A DNA stretch of 24,000 nucleotides, from the NCBI GenBank assembly GCA_020029475.1, contig JAIBJG010000020.1, forward strand, positions 18,114-42,113. The letters are read 5' to 3'. The stretch is from Methanobacteriota archaeon. GTDB lineage: Archaea; Thermoplasmatota; Thermoplasmata; RBG-16-68-12. Shown piece after piece: positions 10,701 to 17,096 of this stretch (position 1 is the stretch's first letter; each line of letters opens with the position of its first letter). The position numbers and the translations under genes are program-made. The notes below the pieces were generated by a model. It was not told the DNA's origin and searched no databases. It saw nothing but the letters and a program-made list of their open reading frames with translations.

Positions 10701-11232
10701 CCGGACTGAACTTCGTTCGCGTGAAGTTCCCGTTCGAGTCGAATCGGGGTCCGGCGTCCTCCACCGGGACCTGCGTGCGGGCGAAGGCAACCGTCTCGTT
10801 CGGGTGAAGGAGGTTCGCGTCGTCGACGACAAGCACCTGGAGGCTCGCATCGCGATCGGGCATCTTCGTGAGGCACACGTTCACCGCCGGGAGGTCCCGG
10901 CTGCCGTCGAACCGGAACGCGCCGATCTCCCTCGAATAGTATCCGTCACGGGTGAATCGAAGGAGGAACGTACCGGGCGAGGGCGAGAACTCGTAGTAGC
11001 CGTCGCCGAGGGTCGTCTGCCCCTCCGGCCCGCGGATGCCCTGTGCGTCGACGAGGCTGACCGCGACGGTGGCCAGGAACTTCGGCGGGTTCGCGCCGCA
11101 CTCCTGGACGAACCCGAAGACGATGTGGTCCTGGGCCGCGGCGGTCCAAGAGGGCAGCGCGGCGAGCCCCCCGACGAGGACCGTGAGCATCGCCAGAATC
11201 GCGCCTATTCTCGTGTACAGAGCCTTGTTCAT
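7741..11232 (-). CDS. Very large secreted/surface protein with N-terminal signal peptide, CarboxypepD_reg-like and PKD-like segments, C-terminal TM anchor and Lys-rich cytosolic tail
   Basis: From ATG at 11232: MNKALYTRIGAILAMLTVLVGGLAALPSWTAAAQDHIVFGFV...; TTLGDGYYEFSPSPGTFLLRFTRDGYYS (CarboxypepD_reg-like); many NxS/T sequons; C-terminus LAGWVIPLAIILFIALVIGVAFAARTYSRYRSGELVFRRKEKKEKKEKKKLEDKDEAAEPEEDNKGKKRL. Confidence 0.85.
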   Translation of the reverse strand: MNKALYTRIGAILAMLTVLVGGLAALPSWTAAAQDHIVFGFVQECGANPPKFLATVAVSLVDAQGIRGPEGQTTLGDGYYEFSPSPGTFLLRFTRDGYYSREIGAFRFDGSRDLPAVNVCLTKMPDRDASLQVLVVDDANLLHPNETVAFARTQVPVEDAGPRFDSNGNFTRTKFSPVWTTDYEVRYRGTFLNPSVDYTWSNFFDGTLQILNPTVAASLASTHQFLNVTYWYASTTSRLSSYPVIPGSAIVFKDGVLWGVSGQNWTLDESTGGVRILNDFLFGTNTLTVTYRSAGALADATVNLLDQGQNQVVSTSATNGTGFATFPIWRGVLEVQVSKDEYHPVTLLVDTATTNFTRVVLTRGIIIVGHAFRSDNFRRIDQGVVGFLYNVDRTWPAFRKVIEAQVVASLYTFYAEPGQTYRMVVDANGYKAATRTITTPLNPPYAGNPVDSFLAVSEKEVYRSTVSYAETNWSRMAVSRNLTLRSDSTLPALKLAEIRSLDLQIDYHFGLPNGTANGVRDAGENASFVAWLGTRSPYYVTTNDFLTTNGAIHNWSVPPPTWSVNYFAEGGRAIWINRSASYRLRATTPLANSAPTYFVNVTTPNDVNESVYQDQVIVVDFPRGYEMTDKKVTGTITTSLWTVVTLDPGLSASGATSEIEMTVRKSINGTARAAVAGPIGKFHVLSDTDKNYTAIVAEDTNITFSAEQSIDPVGNIRDANFTWHFTNNTNRARIGYNITSTFNYTAAILAAEGHEFTVNLTVVEAGGNRTYRDIKIFVDDTPPVARLRTNRTVGDWTGKNLQVDEDSPIKFYGDSSSDVAWSTAPPWLNNHTASIPSYQTKPTPNFVILDPSRDWIVTTSLVEGKNYSFNASSSSDNYDSNRNLSYTWHFPGPVNCTPACDSKGNISSQKGYNAITSTWGWNVTVWWREFNVSYNVTVNVTDTGFLGRPPNYANLTSGIAVAVDLAKHPDLKYIAASLKIEPGQPEEGQLINVSFMIENGANRANATDVHVVLEAKDPNGVNVLNNTSPQWLDVNWNPITDRRVNTGARVRLIFLISFPAQGNKSLEIKVYDGKEPYTWVDSQNRITGSVFVKLAGWVIPLAIILFIALVIGVAFAARTYSRYRSGELVFRRKEKKEKKEKKKLEDKDEAAEPEEDNKGKKRL

Positions 11233-11384
11233 GGTCCCACGTCTCGCAGGGAGTTCTGCCGTCCACCTCCCGGCGCACCGCCGGAAGCATCGCGCCAAAA
11301 GGATGTGGGTATTTAAGGATGCGTCCGGAGAACGTCCTAAGGACGGGGCTCGAACTCCGCGATGATTCCCGCGCCGAAAGTTCC

Positions 11385-12677
11385 ATGGAGGGAACGCGGT
11401 GTCCGGGCCCCGTGGAGTACGCCTTCGTCGCGGGCGCCGCGGTGTTCGTCCTCACATATGTGCTGATCTCCGCCCGGAAGGTCGGCGTCCTCAAGATCGA
11501 GCGCCCTGCCGCGGCGATGCTCGGGGCCGCGCTGATGATCGTCCTCGGCGTCGTCGGCCCGCTCGAGGCAATCCAGGCGATCAACCTCGACGTGATCGTC
11601 CTCCTCCTCGGGATGATGCTCCTCGTGGCGGGGCTGGACGCGTGCGGGTTCTTCGTCACCGTCTCCGAGTTCATCGCGCGCCGGGCCCGGACCCAGGTCG
11701 AGCTCCTCGCGGCCCTCATGGTCGCGGCGGCGGTCCTCAGCGCCCTCGTCCTGAACGACACGATCGCCCTCCTGATGACCCCAATCGTCGTGCGGGCGTG
11801 CCAGGCGATGAGGCTCGACCCCGTCCCGTTCCTCGTCGGGGAGGGGATCGCCGTGAACGTCGGGAGCGTCGCGACGGAGATCGGGAACCCGCAGAACGCG
11901 TACATCGGGATCCGTAGCGGCATCCCGTTCGTCGAGTACGCCGCCGTGATGACTCCGATTACCGCCGCGTGCCTCGCAATCGCGATCGTGGGCGTGACCC
12001 TGGCGTTCCGAGGGCGTCTCGGGAAACCGATCCCCGCCCGCCCTCCCCAGGCGGACGTGGCGAAGCTCCACCGCCCCGGGCTCGCGTTCACCCTCGCGGT
12101 CCTCCTCGGGTCCGTCGTCGCGTTCTTCCTCAGCGCTCCGACGTGGCTCCCCGCGATCGCCCTCGCGGGCGGGAGCTTCGTCCTGTTCGGCCTCCCCATC
12201 GTGAACCGGAACGCCTCCGGCCGCGCCCTTATCGGGTCCGTGGACTGGTCCATCCTCCTGTTCTTTGTCGGCCTCTTCGTCGTGATCGCGGGGGTCGAGC
12301 GGTCCGGGGTGCGGGCGTCGATCCAGGACACGTTCACGTTCGTCAGCGGGGGGAGCACCGGCGGCGTGTGGTGGCTCTCCGGCCTCTCCGCGGTCCTCTC
12401 GAACCTCGTGTCGAACGTCCCCGCGGTCCTCCTCCTGGAGCCCGTCGTGCGCGGAGCCCCGCTAGCGCAGCAGCGAACCCTGTGGCTCGCCCTCGCCGCG
12501 AGCTCGACCCTGGCGGGGAACGCAACGATCCTCGGGGCGGCGGCGAATGTGATCGTCGTCCAGGCCGCCGCCCGCCGGGGGGTGGAGGTCACGTTCCGGG
12601 ACTGGGTCCGCGCCGGGCTCCCAGTGACGATCGCGACCCTCGTCCTCGCGACTGCGGTCCTCGCGGCCCTCCCGTGA
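11385..12677 (+). CDS. ArsB/NhaD/SLC13-superfamily anion or ion transporter
   Basis: About 11-12 hydrophobic segments; LNDTIALLMTPIVVRACQ, VNVGSVATEIGNPQNAYIG and SNLVSNVPAVLLLEPVV are hallmark motifs of the IT superfamily. ORF starts at 11319; ATG at 11385 preferred. Confidence 0.85.
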   Translation: MEGTRCPGPVEYAFVAGAAVFVLTYVLISARKVGVLKIERPAAAMLGAALMIVLGVVGPLEAIQAINLDVIVLLLGMMLLVAGLDACGFFVTVSEFIARRARTQVELLAALMVAAAVLSALVLNDTIALLMTPIVVRACQAMRLDPVPFLVGEGIAVNVGSVATEIGNPQNAYIGIRSGIPFVEYAAVMTPITAACLAIAIVGVTLAFRGRLGKPIPARPPQADVAKLHRPGLAFTLAVLLGSVVAFFLSAPTWLPAIALAGGSFVLFGLPIVNRNASGRALIGSVDWSILLFFVGLFVVIAGVERSGVRASIQDTFTFVSGGSTGGVWWLSGLSAVLSNLVSNVPAVLLLEPVVRGAPLAQQRTLWLALAASSTLAGNATILGAAANVIVVQAAARRGVEVTFRDWVRAGLPVTIATLVLATAVLAALP

Positions 12678-12690
12678 CGAGCGTTCAAGT

Positions 12691-13371
12691 ATGCGCGGGG
12701 CCGTGCCATCCCCGATGGGTGCGGATTTCGAGAAGGAACGTCACAGGCTGGTCAAGAGGCTGGAGGAATGGGGATACGTGAAATCTCCTTCCGTGCGGGC
12801 GGCGTTCCTGAACGTCCCTCGGGAGCGGTTCGTCCCGGACGACCTGCGGGCGTCCGCGTACGACGACGCGCCCCTCCCGATAGGCCACGGCCAGACGATC
12901 TCCGCCCCGTCGATGATCGCAATCATGCTCGAGGAGGCGGACCTAGGGCCGGGGGAAAACGTCCTCGAGATCGGGACGGGCTGCGGGTACCACGCGGCCC
13001 TCCTCGCGGAGATCGTGGGCCCGGACCGCGTCGTCTCCGTGGAGCGGATCCCCGCCCTCGCGGACCTCGCCCGCGCGAACCTCGCGGCGTGCGGGTACCG
13101 GGTGGAGGTCGTCGTCGGGGACGGGACGTTGGGGTACCCGCCCCGCGCACCCTACGACTGCGTGATCGCGACCGCGGGCGCCCCGCGAATCCCGAACGCC
13201 TGGAAGGAACAGACCCGGGTCGGGGGGCGGATCGTCGCGCCCGTGGGGAAGTCCCGGATGAACCAGGTCCTCGTCACCGCGCGCCGGGTGTCCGAATCGA
13301 AGTGGGAGGTCCGCGAGGGGACGGCGTGCGCATTCGTCCCGATGATCGGTGCGGAGGGCTGGAAGGCCTAG
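12691..13371 (+). CDS. pcm: Protein-L-isoaspartate O-methyltransferase
   Basis: VPRERFVPDDLRASAYDDAPLPIGHGQTISAPSMIAIMLE...GENVLEIGTGCGYHAALLAEIVGP; classic PCMT. Start may be 12691 or 12715. Confidence 0.94.
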   Translation: MRGAVPSPMGADFEKERHRLVKRLEEWGYVKSPSVRAAFLNVPRERFVPDDLRASAYDDAPLPIGHGQTISAPSMIAIMLEEADLGPGENVLEIGTGCGYHAALLAEIVGPDRVVSVERIPALADLARANLAACGYRVEVVVGDGTLGYPPRAPYDCVIATAGAPRIPNAWKEQTRVGGRIVAPVGKSRMNQVLVTARRVSESKWEVREGTACAFVPMIGAEGWKA

Positions 13372-13374
13372 GTC

Positions 13375-13743
13375 TCAGGGGGCCGGCGGGGAGTGGCTCC
13401 ATGCTTCCTCGGGGAGCTCCCGGTACACGGGTTCATCCCGGTCCGTCTCCGCCTCCCCCTCGCCGACGATCCGGTCGATGTCCCCCTCGTTCAACTCCCA
13501 GTAGAAGATCCTCCAGTTCCTCCCGCTCAGCAGGAGGACGGTCTCCCACGAGGATCGGAGAATCCCCGCGTCGTGGAGCGCGTAGAACAGCTTGCGGTCC
13601 TCCGGGAGGATCGCGTTGTCGATGATGAAGTTCTCGAACCCGAAGTAATCCATCACGCGGGCGGCCATCGCGTACGCCTCGTCGTGGGGCAGCCCCAGCC
13701 GCTTCTCGATCGCCTTCGCCAGCTTCTCCACCGTGACCGCCAT
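13375..13743 (-). CDS. Conserved hypothetical protein (about 122 aa)
   Basis: MAVTVEKLAKAIEKRLGLPHDEAYAMAARVMDYFGFENFIIDNAILPEDRKLFYALHDAGILRSSWETVLLLSGRNWRIFYWELN; well-formed globular protein, stop close to the convergent pcm stop. Confidence 0.65.
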   Translation of the reverse strand: MAVTVEKLAKAIEKRLGLPHDEAYAMAARVMDYFGFENFIIDNAILPEDRKLFYALHDAGILRSSWETVLLLSGRNWRIFYWELNEGDIDRIVGEGEAETDRDEPVYRELPEEAWSHSPPAP

Positions 13744-13940
13744 CGGTTGGTCCCGCACTCCTGAGGTAGATTCCCCGCTCGGACGTATTAAGATTTCACC
13801 ATAATTAGCAATTCAACTGGGGGCGGGAACCGGCTGCCCTCTCCGTCCCGCAACCCTCGAGAACATCCCCGCTTATCACCCGTGACTCTGGCGGGCGACC
13901 CTTTAAGTATCGTCCCCGGCGATTCAATCGCGGGAGCCTC

Positions 13941-14114
13941 GTGAAGCGGAAGAGCGGGAAGGCGATGCTCGACATCGACGAGAAGGTGAAGGTCGTCCAC
14001 TTCAACGTGGGCTCCGGGTACGTCTCGTACCTCGAGGAGGACGAGCGCGGCGGGAAGCCCCGGGTCCACGGGATCCTCCTGGACAAGGGGAAGGACTCGA
14101 AGAAGAGGGTGTAG
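13941..14114 (+). CDS. Small basic hypothetical protein (57 aa)
   Basis: GTG-started frame VKRKSGKAMLDIDEKVKVVHFNVGSGYVSYLEEDERGGKPRVHGILLDKGKDSKKRV*; preceded by TATA-like ctttaagta about 13900. Confidence 0.5.
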   Translation: MKRKSGKAMLDIDEKVKVVHFNVGSGYVSYLEEDERGGKPRVHGILLDKGKDSKKRV

Positions 14115-14152
14115 GGCCAGCCCTTATTAGCAGGGCGGGACTCGTGTTCTCC

Positions 14153-14554
14153 ATGGAGCCGGACGAGGACGGAGACGATTTCGAACTCCCGCAGCCGCCG
14201 GCGCCCCCAGGTCCTCCCCCAAAGGCAGAGCTCAAGATCCGGGACGCCTCCGTCCGCCGCCGCGGGAAGGCGTGCGTCGTGTGCGGGCGGGCGAAGCCCG
14301 CGTACATCGAGGTCGAGATCGACGGCGTCGCGGAGTACACGTGCCGGGACTGCTACGAGCTCCAGTCCCAGGGCCTCTCCGGCGAGGTCACCCAGTTCTG
14401 CACGAAGTGCGGCACCGCCCTCCTGAAGGGGGACAACTTCTGCGGCCGCTGCGGCACCCCCGCGTCCCTGCGGTGCCCGAAGTGCGGCGCCCGCCCCGAG
14501 GAGGAGGACGCCTTCTGCGGGAAGTGCGGGGCCGCCCTACGCCCGCCTCCGTAG
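14153..14554 (+). CDS. Triple zinc-ribbon protein with proline-rich N-terminus
   Basis: MEPDEDGDDFELPQPPAPPGPPP... then six CxxC knuckles (CVVC..CRDC, CTKC..CGRC, CPKC..CGKC). Confidence 0.75.
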   Translation: MEPDEDGDDFELPQPPAPPGPPPKAELKIRDASVRRRGKACVVCGRAKPAYIEVEIDGVAEYTCRDCYELQSQGLSGEVTQFCTKCGTALLKGDNFCGRCGTPASLRCPKCGARPEEEDAFCGKCGAALRPPP

Positions 14555-15487
14555 GACCGTCGCCCGCTTCGGGGCCCGGTACACCTTCTTCGGCAGCGGG
14601 GTCGTCTCGTGGACGCTGAGGGACCCGAGGTTCGCTTCGAACCGCTCCACCCCCGCGAGGTCCACGGCGCTCGCGTCGAACCCCCGCCACAGGAGGAAGA
14701 GGACGTCGTCGAGGATCTCGTTCCGGGTCGCGAGGAGCACCTCGTCCTCGTCCGACCCCGCGACGAACACCGTGGGATCGAGGCGTAGGGAGAGCTCGAC
14801 CCGGTGGGCGTCGTCGTCCCTTTGGATCACCAGACGGTTCCGGATCGCACCCGCCCCGAGGCCGTCGAGCTCCACGGTCCCCCGCCCCACGCTCGCGGAC
14901 CGGACCGCGCGATCGAGGTCCGCGGACACCTTCTTCTCCAGGGCCGCGACGACCCCGGCGGCGTTCGCCTCCGAGACCTTCAGGGAGAACGACGGCGCCA
15001 CGGAGGTCGTGTACCGCTTCAAATGGCCAGCCATGGAGAGGGTCTCCACGATTGCGGGCGTCACGGGGGCGGGGAACCCGTCACGCAGCACGAAGCATTC
15101 CGCGGAACGGCCGTCGGTAACGACGGAGACGAAGTTCTCCCGCCGTGACGCGCGGCTCGTCAGGGTCGCGTCGTCCGTCGCGCTGTGGAAGATCGCGTGG
15201 CGGGTGTCGTCCTTGAACGGGTGGGAGTGGTACAGCCCGACGATCCCGACGTTCCTCGGGTACCGCATCACGATCTCCGCCTCCTCCATGGGGTCCGCGA
15301 TCGCCCCGTACCGGCTCTGGTGCTTGTACCGGGTGGCGGGATGGGCGTCGAGGACGTACGGCTCGCCCCCGACGTAGAATCCGAGGAGCCAGCCGATCGC
15401 CTCCCGGCCCGAGCTCCGGGCGACGTTCCCTGCATGTTGGAGTAACGCCCGCCACGCGGTCCGCAGGATGTGGGCCGGGCCGTTCAT
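14537..15487 (-). CDS. JAMM/MPN-domain putative metallopeptidase (candidate deconjugase of the UBL), 316 aa
   Basis: From ATG at 15487: REAIGWLLGFYVGGEPYVL...VGIVGLYHSHPFKDDTRHAIFHSATDDATL; E, HxHP and SxxD elements of a JAMM site though with longer HxH-to-S spacing. Start overlaps the E1 stop as ATGA. Confidence 0.8.
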   Translation of the reverse strand: MNGPAHILRTAWRALLQHAGNVARSSGREAIGWLLGFYVGGEPYVLDAHPATRYKHQSRYGAIADPMEEAEIVMRYPRNVGIVGLYHSHPFKDDTRHAIFHSATDDATLTSRASRRENFVSVVTDGRSAECFVLRDGFPAPVTPAIVETLSMAGHLKRYTTSVAPSFSLKVSEANAAGVVAALEKKVSADLDRAVRSASVGRGTVELDGLGAGAIRNRLVIQRDDDAHRVELSLRLDPTVFVAGSDEDEVLLATRNEILDDVLFLLWRGFDASAVDLAGVERFEANLGSLSVHETTPLPKKVYRAPKRATVLRRRA

Positions 15488-16245
15488 CGGCCTCTCCGCC
15501 CGCACGTGCCGCATTTCGGGTCACGCTTCCAGTCCACCCGCTCGAGCCGGCCCTCGAGGCCGAAGTACATGAGGTACGGCGCGACGCTCCCGAACCCGAG
15601 GAGCACCTTCAGCGCCTCCTGGCACTGGAGGCTCGAGACGACTGCCATCGTCGTGGGCAGGGAGGTGAAGTGGCACGCCCCGCCGTCCTCCCGCCGGGCG
15701 GGCCGCATCGCGGACCCGTCTTTCAGGGCGGGACGGTTGCACCGGTAGCACGCGGTCTTCCCGGGGATCACGACGTGGACGCTCCCGTTCACGCCGTCCT
15801 CGGAGGCCCCTCCGTCGATGAACGGGACCCGGGCCGCGACGGACCTCGCGTTCAGGAACAGGCGCACCGCGAAGGAGTCCACGCACCCGAGGAGGAGGTC
15901 GCTCTCCGGGATCTCCTCCCGAAGGGCCTCCAGGCCCTTTCCGTCCGTCACGTCGAACGCGTACGACGTGACCCGGACGTCCGGGTTCGCCGCGCGGAGG
16001 TGGTCCCGGATCGCCTCGACCTTCTTCTCCCCGACCTGGTCCGTCCGGTACACGAGGCGGTTCAGGTTCGCCTCCTCGACCGTGTCGTAGTCGAACAGGG
16101 CGAGCTCCCCGACCCCGAGGCGGGCGAGGATCTCCGCGCTCAGGGCTCCGAGGCCGCCGACCCCGACGATCGCGACCCGCTTCCCCCCGAGCTTCGAGAG
16201 GTCCGCGTGGCCGAACAGTCGGAGGCGGGCGTACCGCCCCGTCAC
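15484..16245 (-). CDS. UBA5-like E1 activating enzyme (ThiF/E1 fold), 253 aa
   Basis: [44 protein letters not shown] (ATP site), CVDSF, zinc Cys pairs C166/C169 and C245/C248, catalytic-type Cys191 in [32 protein letters not shown]. GTG start overlaps the E2 stop as GTGA. Confidence 0.92.
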   Translation of the reverse strand: [253 protein letters not shown]

Positions 16246-16745
16246 ATCCAGCCCTTTCCCTTCATGTCCGCGACGACGCTCTGGAGCCAGTAGCTCACCT
16301 CCCGCTTCAGGTACAGGGCGATGGAGGAGTGGTCGTCCCACCAGTAGTTCCTCTCCATGTGCATGTCGCAGATCCGGAGGCCGAGGCTCGGGTCGTCCAC
16401 CTTCCGGTCCGTGTAGTGCATCAGCTCCGGGATCCGGCACGCGGGCGGCACCTGCGGGTACGCGTCCTTCAGGACGAGCTCGATGTCCCACGATCGGCCC
16501 CCGTGGACGACCTTCCCCGTCCATCGGGTCTTCTTCGGGCTCGTCGGGCGGATCGCGAACCACTCGTTCTTCTCGAGGAACCTCAGGTACTCCTCGAACC
16601 GTTCGAGGGCGTACACCTCCTCCGCGGCGCGGTCCTTCCACGCCGGCTCCTTCGGGGACGCGACCGTCGCGCACTGGAGGAAGTAGAAGAGATCGTCGTC
16701 CGTCTTCAGGTGGGCCTCGCCGTAATCCCGGATCCGGAGGGGCAT
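16242..16745 (-). CDS. UFC1-like E2 conjugating enzyme, 167 aa
   Basis: RFEEYLRFLEKNEWFAIRPTSPKKTRWTGKVVHGGRSWDIELVLKDAYPQVPPACRIPELMHYTDRKVDDPSLGLRICDMHMERNYWW...YWLQSVVADMKGKG; aligns by eye with UFC1 (WFRLE...TRWFGK...FDIEF...[13 protein letters not shown]...GGKICLTDH). Putative catalytic Cys126 encoded at 16368-16370. Confidence 0.87.
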   Translation of the reverse strand: MPLRIRDYGEAHLKTDDDLFYFLQCATVASPKEPAWKDRAAEEVYALERFEEYLRFLEKNEWFAIRPTSPKKTRWTGKVVHGGRSWDIELVLKDAYPQVPPACRIPELMHYTDRKVDDPSLGLRICDMHMERNYWWDDHSSIALYLKREVSYWLQSVVADMKGKGWM

Positions 16746-16787
16746 CCGGGTGCAGCGTAGGCGGGCCGGTGGCTTAAACCGTGAGGC

Positions 16788-17051
16788 CTACAGAATCGAG
16801 GGCGGGAGCGAACCGACGATGCTCGGGTCGATCACGTGGATGTTCGTGGACTTCTCGGCGACCTCGCCCACGGTCCCGCCCGCGATCGGGGAGCCGCCGG
16901 GGTACGTCGCGGTCATGATCCCCGCATCCTTCCCCTGACGCTTCGCGGCGAGGACGAACGCCTCCTGGAACAGCATCTCCTCGGGGACCTTCAGGGTCAC
17001 CGCGGGCTTGTCCGCCTCGGAGATGAAGATGAACCGGAGGGTGATCGCCAT
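16788..17051 (-). CDS. UFM1-like ubiquitin-fold modifier, precursor 87 aa, predicted mature C-terminus ...IDPSIVG with 7-aa tail SLPPSIL
   Basis: MAITLRFIFISEADKPAVTLKVPEEMLFQEAFVLAAKRQGKDAGIMTATYPGGSPIAGGTVGEVAEKSTNIHVIDPSIVGSLPPSIL; shares VPE..F..A...AA, the AG.V turn and C-terminal VG|S with UFM1. ATG at 17051 (GTG at 17060 also possible). Confidence 0.85.
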   Translation of the reverse strand: MAITLRFIFISEADKPAVTLKVPEEMLFQEAFVLAAKRQGKDAGIMTATYPGGSPIAGGTVGEVAEKSTNIHVIDPSIVGSLPPSIL

Positions 17052-17088
17052 GGACGCCACTGGGCGCGCCCTCGAAACCCGTCCCCGC

Positions 17089-17096
17089 TTATTTAG
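17089..17096 (-). promoter_or_regulatory. Candidate TATA box for the UBL-E2-E1-JAMM module
   Basis: Reverse strand CTAAATAA in the gap between rhodanese and UBL genes, about 26-30 nt upstream of the candidate starts at 17060 or 17051 (leaderless-transcript geometry). Confidence 0.4.

Noticed and set aside
8971-11316. 781-aa plus-strand ORF opposite the surface protein
   Set aside because: Arg/Val/Gly-rich antisense shadow of a long real gene with a credible signal peptide and TM anchor on the other strand.
13759-13940. Possible RNA gene or mobile remnant in the AT-richer gap
   Set aside because: No tRNA-like arms, no repeats; best explained as promoter and leader for the downstream small genes.
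14537-17051. Bacterial antiphage Bil-type (UBL, E2, E1, DUB) defence operon
   Set aside because: Same component logic, but the E1/E2/UBL here resemble UBA5/UFC1/UFM1 and the neighbourhood is housekeeping (suf, pcm), with no other defence genes or mobile-element marks; a defence role is not excluded but not supported.
16788-17051. Simple MoaD/ThiS/SAMP-type sulfur carrier
   Set aside because: No terminal GG; instead VG followed by a 7-aa tail, together with a cognate E2, argue against an ordinary sulfur carrier. Not fully excluded because a rhodanese and SufS are nearby.
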